From a virus (taxonomy: Duplodnaviria; Caudoviricetes): 64,000 nucleotides of DNA. Below are positions 1-13,600 of the stretch, in pieces; positions within the stretch are counted from its first letter, which is position 1, and the number at the start of each line of letters is the position of its first letter. The translations under genes and the position numbers were made by a program. The notes under the pieces are model-generated. The model made no database searches and had not been told where the DNA came from. It saw only the letters and a list, made by a program, of their open reading frames with translations. Location: positions 1 to 64,000 of the IMG/VR virus record IMGVR_UViG_3300028591_000108; one strand, written 5' to 3'.

Positions 1-1617
1 AGAAATACGGCTAGCATCACGATATGTAAATCTCCCAATAGCCAAACCAGTCTTTCCATCAAAAGTAAACGACGCGGGAAAAGGCTCTTCATTATTATCA
101 CAAATTAACATCGCCATACCCTAAATTAAATCATTAGTCGCGCCGCCACTATTAGAAATCAATCCATTGCCTCCTGCGGCATCATACTTATTAATAAGTA
201 AATTTGCCCATTCACGAATTACAGGATGACGAATAGTATCTCGAATAGTTTCTCGCACAGTTAACCATGCTGAGCCATTTGCCATAAGGGTCTAATTATG
301 AAAAATTTCAATAACCTAATTATAACTTAACCAGAATGTTGGAATAGTAAATTTAAATGCGTGTGCATTAACCGATCGTAAAGTAATGCTATTATATTTA
401 CCAGTAGAAGAATAAGAATTTAAAGGTGAAATAATATAATAACCAGTTGAATCATAACTTAATTTTAACTAAGGTTTTAGAGTAAACCGTAATTTAACAG
501 GAGACGGAGCTGTACCAGCATAATATAAATTTGCTGGAGTGTGAGGAGACAAAGAAATACCTTCCACATGATCAGATTCAATTAAATGAGCACCACCCAC
601 TTTCGCGCCTAACATACTGCCATCTACTTCATATGCAATAACCGCTCCCTAATAATAGCAAGTTACTTTCTAAGTAGAAGTTTGCCCTGTTGAGGGATCG
701 GTTACCGGTCGTATTCCAATATCCGTAAAATATGCAGAACGTTCTTGCGGAGTAATAGTATCAGAATTTAAAGCGGCTTCATACTATTCTTGAGTAATTT
801 CTACTGGAATTTTAGACCAAAGGTCATAACTAACAGAAGCATATACTCCGCCGCCCAAAAATACATCTATGCGCGTTGTACTTCCTAAAGGAATATGATC
901 TTCATAAATAATTTTTAATGCATCAGGTGAATTTCTAATGGTTGTTTCAACACCATTGGCATCTACCCAATGTTCCTTATAATACCCTTCTCGTGTATCT
1001 TGTACGCCTAATATATTTTGCACAGAATACCAGAAAGGCTCATCCATAACAAATTCAATATCAATTGCTCCACGATACAAAGTCGTATAAGTACTATAAT
1101 TTACAACCGAAGTAGCTTCACCCGCGCCAGTATCTCCAACCTAAAAAGGTACCTATACTTCTTCTTTAAAAGCTAATAAATGTAATTGCGGCTAAGAAGA
1201 TATTCTTGCCATAATCGCGCGATTAGGATGTTCCGCTAAAATTAATTCACGAATTACTCCCGCGCGGAACCAATGTTTAAAATCATCTAACTATGTTTGT
1301 GTAATACCATCTGTTGCTAATGTAAATGATAAAGTATTAGCATGAAAATAAGTGCCCCAATAAAATTGGCCAGGAAGCGTATCATAGGTTGTAGTTAAAT
1401 CTTCAAATTCAGCATATCCATTGTTTTCCATTCGGTCGCCTTCAGTATATGCTATTAAATTAAAATCTTCAATATATTTTCCTCCATAGGAAAAACTGAT
1501 AAATGAGCGCTGCATGTAGGGTAGCCGAAGCTACCCATCATGCGTCGCCATATAAACTTGGGATTGAGGTGCCATCGTAGATGGCACCTCATTTCCTATT
1601 AATCTTGCTATTGACAT
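1..1617 (-). CDS. Distal tail (Dit)-like protein, TAG-recoded, 3' end outside the window
   Basis: ATG at 1617 after AAAAGGAGA. ORF pieces 1291..1515 and 784..1080 share this frame and end only in TAG. It follows the tape-measure gene. FSYGG...GQFYWGTYFHANTLSFTLA...ELILAEHPNR resembles siphophage Dit N-termini. Confidence 0.7.
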
Positions 1618-1624
1618 TCTCCTT

Positions 1625-4600
1625 TTACCTCCTTACGCTATTTGTCGCCCCATATTTACGAGCAATACGCATCATTTCATTTAAGGCTTCTTCGCCAGCG
1701 CGTTGTGCATCATAATCATTAGCAATCTATTGAACTTGCATTTTCATTTCTATATGGTCGATATTTACAGAATTATCTTCTGTAGTTATAGTACCCTATA
1801 ATGGCGTGGAAATGTCACTATAATGTTCATTATAAGATTTTAATAAAGACATTAAAGAATTAGCTCTATTAGAAAGAATATTATCGCGTAAAATCTTAGT
1901 CTAAGAAGCAGTTAAAACTGTTTCTGTACCACGCTCACCTAATTCATAATAACCATGTTTGACATAGCCGCCAGAGGCTGCTGGTTTAGGTTTTGGAGTA
2001 AACGTTAGGGTATTTTTACAGGTACCTTTACAATCTCCAGTACAACCAGCAGAACATATTCCAGTACAAGTACTCTAACAAGTTTGACTACCCGTTCCGT
2101 CGCTCTTTGTATTTCCTTTACAAGCTGTAGCACACTTCGCAGTACATTCTCCCTTACATTCGCCAGCACAAGTACCATTACATCCGCTGCCAACACTACC
2201 GCTATCACCACTACTACCAGTGCCACCATTTTGATTATTCTTCTAGTCTTTCTTATACTATGCTTTTACTTTCTTCTCCGCAGATTCAGCTCCATTTTTA
2301 TCGTATTCAGCATAATATATTTTCTTATAAGCTTTACTATCATATTTACTGTTACCTTTCTTTGAAATAAAAGCTTCCCAAGCTGCCTTTCTAGCTTTAT
2401 TTTTCTCTCCCTTGAGAGCTTTCTAATCATCTTCATATTGCTGACGAATAGCCGCGGAAACAGCTGTTAAATCTCCACCTTCATCTGAATTATACATTTC
2501 TTTAAACTTTGCACGATACGTCCCATCTTTATCCCAATCTTTACCATATTCGGCTTTCATTGCATCATTAAAAGTATCAAAGTCATAGTTGGTTAACTAG
2601 TTACGAGTCATTGTAACTAGCAAAGATACATTATCTTTAATATCATTAGCTGTAACTTTATTATCTCCAATTGATTCTTTCGCTGCAGCTAGATCATCAC
2701 GATATTCTGTCCATTGGTCTGCTTTAAACAATGTTTCATTCATAGCTTTAGCAGAAGCTAAAGGCGATTTGCTCCAAAATCCTGAATCTCCGTTATGAAT
2801 AAAAGAAGTAATGTCGGCCGCAGATCGCTGCATAACATCAGATACTTCGCCCCACAATAAACCATATTCCTTCTAATATTCTAATGTATCACTCATAATC
2901 TAGATCTAATTATCCATGCGTTCGATCTCTAGATCTGATGCAGCCTAAATAGCATCAATTTGCTATTGCTGTAAATCAAAATACAAATCGCGCTCAGAAC
3001 TATTAATTTCTGACCGAAGACTAGCAATATCTTCTGCGCTACCTCCGGACCTCTCTAAAATTGCTAAACGGCGTTTTGATTTATTTAGATCATCAACACT
3101 TTCTTGTGTTTCATACATTTCTTGTTCTTTGTCAAGTGCATTTGATAGACCTTCAATATATTTGCCAGTTGATTCTTCTAACTTATCACGTTCATCTTGT
3201 AGTGCATCAATTTCACGCTAACGCATATCCTCAATTGCATCTAACACAGATTCTTCAACGGACATCTGATTATCACGAATCTCTTTAGTAATTTCATTCA
3301 TTTCAGCCTATTTTTCTAAGATATTATCTTCGCCTTCACGTATTTCATCATATAAATTCTACGTTTCTTGAGCATAGTCATCCATTCTATCTTTATAGGC
3401 TTGAGTGGCCTTACTATAGAAATCTTCTTTTTCTTGATCGGTAATTTCTCCGTCATTATCAGCGTCCATTTTAATTTCGGCACCATTGCTGTCATATTTC
3501 ATATAACTGCCATAGCCAGCCTTTTGCAATATCTCATACTTTTCTTTATCTGTATGATTGGCTTTACCATTAGAATCGAAACCGTATAAATTAGTTAACC
3601 ACTTCATTGCGCCATCTTGCATCTTCATTTGGCCATCTTCATCAAATGAATATAATTTTCCAAATGGAGATTTTTTTAATGCCTCGACACGCTTATTATA
3701 ATAATCTCTACGACTTAAATTTAACTGTTCTTGTGCTGTAATCTCTTGTTGCAATGATTGAAGAGAACGTTTCTGGCTCTAATAATATTGTTTACCATTT
3801 GCTGTCCAATCAGATGATAACTTAGAACGTAAAGTTTGTTCATGTGTAATATCTTTTTCTAGCTTAGCAATTTTTTGTGTAAGGTTATACCAACGTTCTA
3901 CGGTAGCAACCCATACTGATGGATCAACGATTTTGGCGCCTTTTCCGCCGCCGCCACCGCCACCGCCGCCGCCTGAGCCAGCCGCTCCGACAAGATCAGA
4001 GATAGATGCACTTGATAGAGATTCCCATAAAGCTTTTAATGCTTTTAATTGAGCTAACGCCGCAGAAGCAGAAGCCATAGCTGGGCCAGAGAAATTACCA
4101 GTAGCTAATGACACCGCTTCTCGTTCATTAGTTACAGCTCGCCCTGTTTTAGGAGTACGTCCATGCTTTAATAACTATTCTGTCTGTAAATGATTAAATA
4201 CGATAGCATCACGGGCTAGGGATACCATTTCTGGCCCTTCATTACCAACAATACGATACATACCATGAGAAACTACTAATTCTGGACCAAGCTCTCCCAT
4301 AAGAGTCTTCTATGTTCCACCGGCTCTAGCTATTCCGACAGTTCCAGTAGCTAAAGCCACATTTCCAGTCGCAGCGGGAACACCGCCATCAACCACTACT
4401 GTATAATGTGCAGTACAATAAACATCGCCAGGAGTGCCCGAAACTTCGCAAGTATAATTCGCTGTTGCTGACTAATTTGGTACTTGATCAACAGAGGCAG
4501 TAAAATGTGCCTGCCCTTGCTATAGTGGAAGAGGGTCAACCGTCCCAGTGAGTTCAGCAGTTCCATCTGTGGCAATTTCATTTGTAACCGTCCCAGTGAG

Positions 4601-7600
4601 TTCAGCAGTTCCATCTGTGGCAATTTCATTTGTAACCGTCCCAGTGAGTTCAGCAGTTCCCTGTACGCTAATTTCTCCTCCTTCTATTTCAGGTGTCAAT
4701 ATAGCTGTACCGCTTGTACTCGTGGGTTCAGGAGAAGATTGTGTGGGAGTATTGACTGGATCATATGGCTAATTAGTGTTATTCGGACCATTATTACCAC
4801 CATTACCACCATTACCACCATCGCCGCCATCGCCGCCAAGATTGGCTGCTTGTTTTATTGCGTTGATTTTTTCCAATAATCCATCTAATGCAGCTGAAAC
4901 AGCGGCACTATCTAATGAAATACTAATATCTACTGAACTATTTGCTTTTAATGTTTCTAATTTAGAAATAATTTCAGTTAATTTACTAATAATTATTTGC
5001 CAACTTCCACTAAGAGCCAATGTACTTAATTTACTTAATAAAATAGTAAATGCAGTATTGTTTTGTAATGTTGTTAAATTAATAATTAGTTGTAATATTA
5101 GAGCTTTAACGGTTTCCCAAGACTTACTTTCTGCCAAACCATCAAGCTTTTCAGTAATAGTAGTAAGAGCATCGCCGATAGTATCAAGGGAGTCATTAAA
5201 AGTTTCAAGAATAATAGTAACAAGTTCTTCAACCGCTCCTTGTAAGTCAGAATTTTTTTCAGACATACTATCCGCAGTTCCCTCAACAAAATTATTACCA
5301 GCTTCTTGACCAGCAGTTTTAGTCTAAGCAGTATCAATAGGTAACTCTAATTTTTTATCACCAAAAACAGACGATAAATTACCGAGAATAGATAATAAAC
5401 CACCGTCTCCACTAAGCCCTGATAATCCCTATATTACAGAACTAATCGTGCCAGCATCGACACTCGCCAATGTAGTCAGCGCATTTGCTAATTCAGTCAC
5501 AGCTTCTGTAAGCGCAGGAAGATTACCAGGCTCAATAGTAGTCAGAGAAGTTAAAGCTTCCGTAATTGCAGCAGTAATAGTGTTCTTAAGATTAACATCA
5601 ATTGTAGATTTATTCACTTTTTCAGTTGCAATTTCACTTAAAGCTTCATCTATTTTACCCTACGGATCTTTTACTGTTACAGTTCCTGTATCATCTATAG
5701 TAATCTCATAATTTCCTCCAGGTGTCTGAATTGTAACAGTTCCTTGATCACCATCTAAGTCGGGTAATTCGCCAGCTTCCTTTTGAGCAATGGCTGCTGC
5801 AGCAGCTAACCCCATAGCGAGCTCGGTATTGTTATCAGCGTCAAAACTATAACCATTTTGCATGTCTACATGAGTTTTAACTTTACCAGTAGAATTGTAC
5901 TATACTTCATATTCGTTACCATTTGAAGTATACCTTAAGGTTTTAGTATCACCATCTTTGAAGACTCCATGATCTACGCCATTATCCTACTACTCTGCCA
6001 TAGCTTTCTCAGCAAGATACTCATCAGCCTCAGCACGAGATTTAAAGGCAATTCCGTCTGCAAGAATAGTAACTTTACCGGTTTCTAAATCATATTCAAT
6101 TTCTGCAGTACCATTAGTCCAAATTTTAACTTCATGACCGGTCTCCTTATTGTATTGTTTTCCCTTTTTTGCATGCCAATCATCACTAAGTCCTTGTTCT
6201 AATGGTACAATATCACGAATATATTGCGCCATTTCATCATAAGATGAGAAAGTCATACCATTATATAGCCAAGAATTTTCACCTGAACTGCGTGTAAATG
6301 TATAAGTAATACCTAATTCATTATCTTGTGTTACTTCATAGAAAGTACCATCAATAGACCATGTTTTACCAGCTAACTTATCATCGGCATATCCTTTCGA
6401 TGCTAACCATTTTATGGCGCCTTCTACGCTGTCTCCATCATATCTTTCGCCATCAATTTCATCGGTTTCAATCGTAGTTTCATCACCATTTTTCGTGACT
6501 TTAATACGAGCTGGCCCAACATTAAGAGTCCCAGATACTTCGCCAGTTTCTTCATTAAATTCAATCTTGGATAAACCCTAATTTTCCAATTCGATAGCCT
6601 ATTTAATATATTCTGCTACTCCAGCGCGATCATCAGCTCTAAATTTAACCCCAGCATACTCACCAACAAATTTACCTGTCTTTTTCCCTTTATCATTTTT
6701 TTCTTCTTCAATTTTAATTTCGCCAGTAACTAATTTTAATGTATACTATATCTCTACCTATGAATACTGACTATCTGGATTATTTAATTCATTAATCAGC
6801 TATTTTACATTATCACGTAAATTAGTCCCTTCAAAGAAATCTGGATACTTACCTCTAAAAGCATTAACAGCTGCCTCTGCTTGCGCGGCGACATCCTTAT
6901 CATCTAAGTCAATATTAAATAGCTATCCGGTTGCCGTAATACCGATTAGACCATTGTCTCCAACATCAATAACCAAGTTTTGGCCAAGGTCTTTCATAGC
7001 ATTGACAATCTAAAGCTAAATAGTCTTGATATCAGTGCCCCAATCAATATTGGTTAACTTTTGCATAAATTTAGATGCAGCCTCAGCGGAACCGAAGGTT
7101 TTTTCCCAATCTTTGGCAGTCCCATAGAATAGATCGTATAAAGTCGTACCATTAATTTGTATTGCCTATACTGCCGCGTTTAATTCATCAGAAGTTTCAA
7201 TAGCACCCTGCATCTTCTCAAGGAAAGCTTGCATGTCACCAGTAAAGTCTTCAACACTACCATCTACATTAAATGTAAACATGTCGTTTAGTTCAAAAGA
7301 AATGCCATTGTTATCTACATCAACAACCATTTCTCCCATTTCTTCCATCGCTGCAAGTACTTCTAAAACTTGAATTTCAGAATCTAAAATTGCAACTTCC
7401 GCATCAGCTAATTCATGGATACCATCAGCCATGTTATCTTTTAAATCATCAACACCACTAACCATATCCATACCAGCACTAGATAAGTCAACTTTTAACT
7501 TTCCGTCAACGACTTTTAAATTCATGCACGCCGCTTCCATTAATTGAGCAGCATTCATGCCTTTAACATTAAATTCTTTACCTGCTGCTTCTAACATACC

Positions 7601-10600
7601 AGCAGAAGTATTTACAATATTATAAAAGTCTTCAACGCCAATATATCCTTTTTTCTTAGCCTAATTTAATGTCTTCATTGCCTTAGATGTATTTTCCCAA
7701 GCGTTAATAGCAGCCTAATAATTATCGGGCAACTTATCGCTCATAAAGTTCATTGCATCTGGGTCAGTTAATTTATTGAGTACAATGTCTGACATTAAAC
7801 TAGATTGAGCAGTTAAACTATCTAATGAAGCCGTAAAATCATTATTAGCTTCTGTCGCAGACTCTGCAGCAGCATTATAACTTTGCATTGCAGCAGTAGC
7901 CTACTGTACAGCATTCTCTTCAGTATATAATCCACGATTAACATCTTCTAATGTATAAGAAAGTTCTCGTCCATCACTCCCCTATAATTTCGTATTTAAA
8001 TTAATTTCTCCATTGGCATATTTTGTAGCAAGAGTTTTTGCCCAATCATCGCCAAGTTCAGTACCGTCTGGTAAGACTGGCGTAATTAATGCTACTCCTT
8101 TCGCGCCTACATCCCCCATAACAGTACGGCTAGGATTAGAAATTGTCGCTCTTGTAAAATCTATTCGCTATGTAACTTCCGCTGCAGCCTATAGAGTGCT
8201 CGCCAAAGTACTATACCGATCATTAGATTCAATAATTGTAGTCAATAACGACTATGCCTATAAGGAATTTAAACGCTTCATCTCAGCATAAACCAATGCT
8301 ATTGATTCAGCAGTTAACTATAAGCCTTCCGCGGTTTGATTAAATTCTAAAGGTTGCAATCCTTGCTTTTCGGCCCAATTCTGTAAAGAAAGTGCATCAG
8401 TATTATTTAATGTACCAGTAATGCCATTAGAAATTAAAGATGCAATATTAGATAACATACCAGCAATTGCATCATTTAATTCGGCTAACTGTTCTGGAAT
8501 TAATAACCCTGCACGTCTGGCCTCTTCTGCGACTGCCTATAATAAGCCAGGAACATCTGTATATTTAGAAATAGTTAAAATTCCATCTTTTATTGATGCT
8601 CCAAATTTTTCCGCGATTTGTGCTAAAGTATCTTTACTAGTTTTAGTTGATTTATCGAATGCATCTTCCAAGTAAGTAACATTCAACAAATCTCCGACTT
8701 TTGCTTCAGTTACGCTCTTTAATTGATCAAATGCAGTTTGAAGATTATTTTTCCCCTAACTACGCATATCAATCTAAGAATCAACATACGCACTATAGGC
8801 ATCAAGATATTCTTGCGTTCCAACTTCTATAGTATGTCCAATTGCTTGTTCTATATAACCCTTAAATTTAGTAAAATCAGTAATCGCAATTTTATTATAT
8901 CCGACACGTGCAATACCCGCATTTTCGGAATTTAATAATGCCTATTCTAATTCAATGCCATAACGAGTAAAGATTTGGCCAATAGCCTCATAAGTCATCC
9001 CGCTAGCATTATTAAGAGCTTCAATTAAGTCAACTGATTCTTGATCCTACGCGGTTAAAAGCTATACATAAGCATTATTTAAATCCGCAGTTGTGCTTGT
9101 GGCGGTTTCTTTCATTTCTGCATAAATTCGTGCATATGCTTCTACCATCCTGAAACCTTCTGCAACTACGCCATTAATATCAACTGCATGAATATCACTT
9201 AATATTTCGTAAAGTTTACCTTCAGTACCAATAAACTAACCCGCAACTAAATCTCCAACTTGATTTAATGCATCATTTAATTTATTAATCTAAGAATTAA
9301 ATGTAGCTTCTAGTTCTTCCTAAGAAGCATTAGGTTTGATTTGCTTTAACAAATCAACCGCAGCTTGACCGCCGGATTCAAGAGTACGAAGAATTGTTAA
9401 ATCGATTTGTTCTTGAGTCATATGCTATAATTCTTCTATTGCCAAAGAAGTATCTTTTAAATCATATGACTTCATAATTGCAGTAAGCTAAATATCTCGA
9501 TAATTACTCAATCCCCTAATCTACTAAATTAATTTGTTGGCTTCATCATTTCTCTATTTAGAAGTTGATGCTGTTAAGAAATTATCAATCTCAATACTTT
9601 CTTGTAAAATTGTATCTGTCTAATCTTTAATATACTCATCAAGGGCTTCTCCGCTTAGACCTAACTATTCTAATACAGATCTCTACTATTCGATATAAGA
9701 CTTTAATACCGTATTATTAAGTTTAAATGTGTTATTAATAGTATCATATTCAAACGCACTTTCAATATCTATTTTGGCATTTTCATCAGCTAGTTGATTA
9801 TATTTATCAACAAAAGCTTGCATGTCCGCAATACTAGATATTCCGTTATAATTATAATTTGCCGCTGTACTAATACCAGATAATGCTCCGTCCTGTAATG
9901 ATGCTACTGTGTCTAATAACTGATTATAAACTTCATCGCTAACATTCTTTTTAGCCCAAGCAACATAACTTAAAATTTGACTAGTATCTAATTTATAAGT
10001 GCCATTATTATCTGCATCTGCAAATATGCCTTTTGGCCCAATTAAACTAGCGAAATCAACTTTTAGAGACTAAGCTAAAGATTCTATTAAATCAATACTA
10101 ATAGAATCATAAGAAGATAATATAGACGAAAATGCAGTATCAATAGCAGATTGATTCTAAGTACGTAATCTTGCCATTGCGGCATTATACTCATTTTTAA
10201 TCATGCCACCGGCACTAACTGCGACAGAACCAACCATTGCAGCAATCGCAGGAATATTTGCTTCATTAGTAAGAGTTAAAACACCGTTATTTAAAATAGC
10301 TCCATAGTCAGCTAACTATTGAGTAAATTCTTCTCTCGCGGTTTCATCAACTTTGTTAATGGTCTCAGTAAGATTAATCTAATCTCCTACTTTTGCTTCG
10401 CTAACAGCATCGAATTCAGCTTTAATATTGGCGCCAATTCGTTTATTATATTCAATTATACTATCATTATAAGTTTTAAAAGCCGAAATATATTCTTCTG
10501 AATCAGGAGACCACCCCATTTCTGACGCAAAAGCATCAAAATCAGCGATCATCATCTTATTGCCGCCAAGATGTTTAATCATACCAGATGCTTGATATTG

Positions 10601-13600
10601 ATTAACCATTTCTTCAGTCAATTCTTTCCCGGCGTTTGTGAATATTTCAGCAAATTGGCTATAAGTCATATTAGAAGCATTAGAGAGAGCATCAATTGCC
10701 TATTGCTCACCATCACGATTATCTAAATATGTACCTAAAGCGGCATTCAGTTCCGCGGTGGTAGCTTCGCCAGTAGCTTTCATCTATTCGTAAATAGATT
10801 TATAAGCCTTAACCATATCACCTACAGCAGTTACAACACCGTTTTCATCTACAGAAAAACCAGCGGTTCTAAGAATTTCAATCTAATTCTTTGCAACTAC
10901 AGAATTAACTTTTAAATTATTTAGAGAATCTGCAACGGCTTTAATTGGCGCGACCTAAGCACGATAAGCAGCTTCAATTTCTTCAGTGCTTAATTCTTTT
11001 CCATAAGACTATAATTTTTTAACCGCATCTGATCCGCCTTGAGAAAGAGTCTCAAGATCATCTGCAACAAACTGATCAATAGTTTCAACCCATTCTAGCT
11101 AATCTTCAATAGGCCATACATCATATTCTTCAGGCTTATGAGTTTCATAATAATTCTTAAGATTACGTTCTAAAATATCCTAATCTTTCGCAGAAGCAGA
11201 GCCAGATAAGTATTTGCTAAAATCAAGAGTATCAACTGTTAATGCTTTTATCTAAGCATTCACATAATCAGTTTTAGCATCGCCAGTTAAGCCTATTTTA
11301 TCGGCAGCAGCCTCGATATAAGTTTGCATATCGGCGGCACTAATAGTCCAAGCATCAATTACAGAGTCATAAAAGAAATTTGTAGATTCTCCGGTTAATT
11401 TGGTATATGCTTTTTCAAAAGCAGACATTTCAGTCTTACTGGTGGTACCTTGAGTTAATAAAGAACCTGCTTTAGAAATATTATTAATATATTCATCTAT
11501 TAATATATCTTGCTGATTATCTAATAGATCCTAATATTTTTCTGCGATTTCAGGAAATTGTGTTTTTAACTTATCAACATCAATTTTATACTTTCCAGTA
11601 GTTTTATCTAATGTTGCAATTCCTAAATCCTCTAAGTCTGTCCCAAACTATGTATTAAATTCATCAATATAGTCTGATGCATCTTCATAATTAGAAAGTA
11701 AATTAGCAAGTGCATCACGTTTTTCATCTTTCCTAAAATGAGATGCAAGTTCACCACGTTTTTCACGAAGTTGTTTAATGTATTCATCAGATGCTCCACT
11801 TTCTATTGCTTCCTAAATTTCCTTATCGGCACTAGTAAGCGCTTCTAACGTTGCCGTATACTACTATAAATCTTCATCCCAAACATAACCATGTAATTTT
11901 GCAAAAGCATCAATAGTAGAATCTTGATAGGTGTCCGCCCCAGCCGCTCCTTTTGAATACTATAAATAATTCCTAAAGGCTTCTCTTGTGGCAGTCTATC
12001 CCATTATTCCTTGAGTAGCTGCACCTTTAGCTCGTTTCTATTTGATTTGTTCTTGTATCGGTCTTAAAGTAGCATTAACTTCTGCATCAGTACTTTCAAG
12101 CTATAATAGCATAGAATCACGAGCATATTCAGAAATTACTTCATAATAACCATCAGTTACATTATATCCTAATTCTTCGAGCTTTGTCTATAATTCTGGA
12201 GATTGAGATAAGTCTACGCGAGTACCGACCTTAGCAGAAGAAAGAGAAGAAATACCGGAGGCCATCTACTTACCCCAATCGGCTTTATCAGCATTTTTAA
12301 CTGCATCAGAAGTCCAACCCTAAATTAATTCTTGATATAGCTCAGAATTTTTATCAAGAGTAAAGCCTAAGGCTGCTTCCCAAGCTGATAGGATCTCTTC
12401 TAAAGTTCCGGTTGCTTTATAAGATGCAGACGCTGCGTCCCATTGATATACACCAGCAAGATCTTCTTGTATAATATTTCCTTGATTATCAATGAAATTT
12501 TCTAAAGAATAAGACTTAACATCTTTACCCTCTTCATCCTAACCAGTAACCCAACCGTGATCGCTAATATATGATTCAATTTCTCCTAAAGTTACATTTT
12601 TCTTTACTATAGCACTTGCGGCCTTTAAATCAGTCTATTGCCGTTTTATCGCCTCAACAATAGATTGATTAATTTCAGAAACTGTTTTGCCAGTTTCTTG
12701 ACCGAGTTCAGTAACTGCACCAATAATATCGCCCTCTTCTATACGAGTTGCAATATCATTTACAAATTCTGAAGATAATCCCTCATACTAACTACTATAT
12801 TTTTGAATATAATCGGCCCCTTTTGTAGTAACATCAGAGAATAGTTTACTTGCTCCAGACTAAAACTATTCAATCGCATTAAAAATTAAATCTACATTTT
12901 CTAATTCTTCATCAGTAATAGATTCTGGATGAGCAGCCAAATATGCAACTCTATCTATAGCATAACCAAAAGTTATTTCTTCTTCATCAGCGCCAATAAT
13001 AGAAGTCGCGAGCTTTCCATCCAAACTACTATAATTACCCTATTTCCAACGAACTGACTAAATTAACCCTTCTTTAATAGTATTTAGCCAAGCCATATAA
13101 TTAGTTAAATTTGTACTAGTAGATTCATATGCAGTATTTATTGCTGTTAAAACTTCATCAGTATTTTTAGCTGCTTCTTCAGTTAAATTGCCATTTTCAT
13201 CAAAATAATTAGTATACTAGGCTCCTAGGATTAACTATAACTATGATGTAACATCCGCGCCTGTTTTAAATCCCTATTCAGATTCTTTATCAATAACAGA
13301 ATTATACGCTTCAAGAAGTTCTGACTATTCACCAGTGTATTTTTCTAATTGCTCGCCATAATTTTCATAAATATTTTGAACAGCACTGTCTAATGCATCT
13401 TGCTAAAGAAAGAATTTTTCACCATCTGTATAAAAATCATCCGCAGAAATTTTAATTCCTAATTTATTCGCTTCTGCAATAGTTTTCATTAATTTAGATG
13501 GTTTTACACCATTGGTAAAATCAGAAAAAATAGATTCAATGCCGTCTAAATTTTCGGTTAGCTATCCTTTAAGTGTTTCAATAGTAAGAGCTAAATTTGG

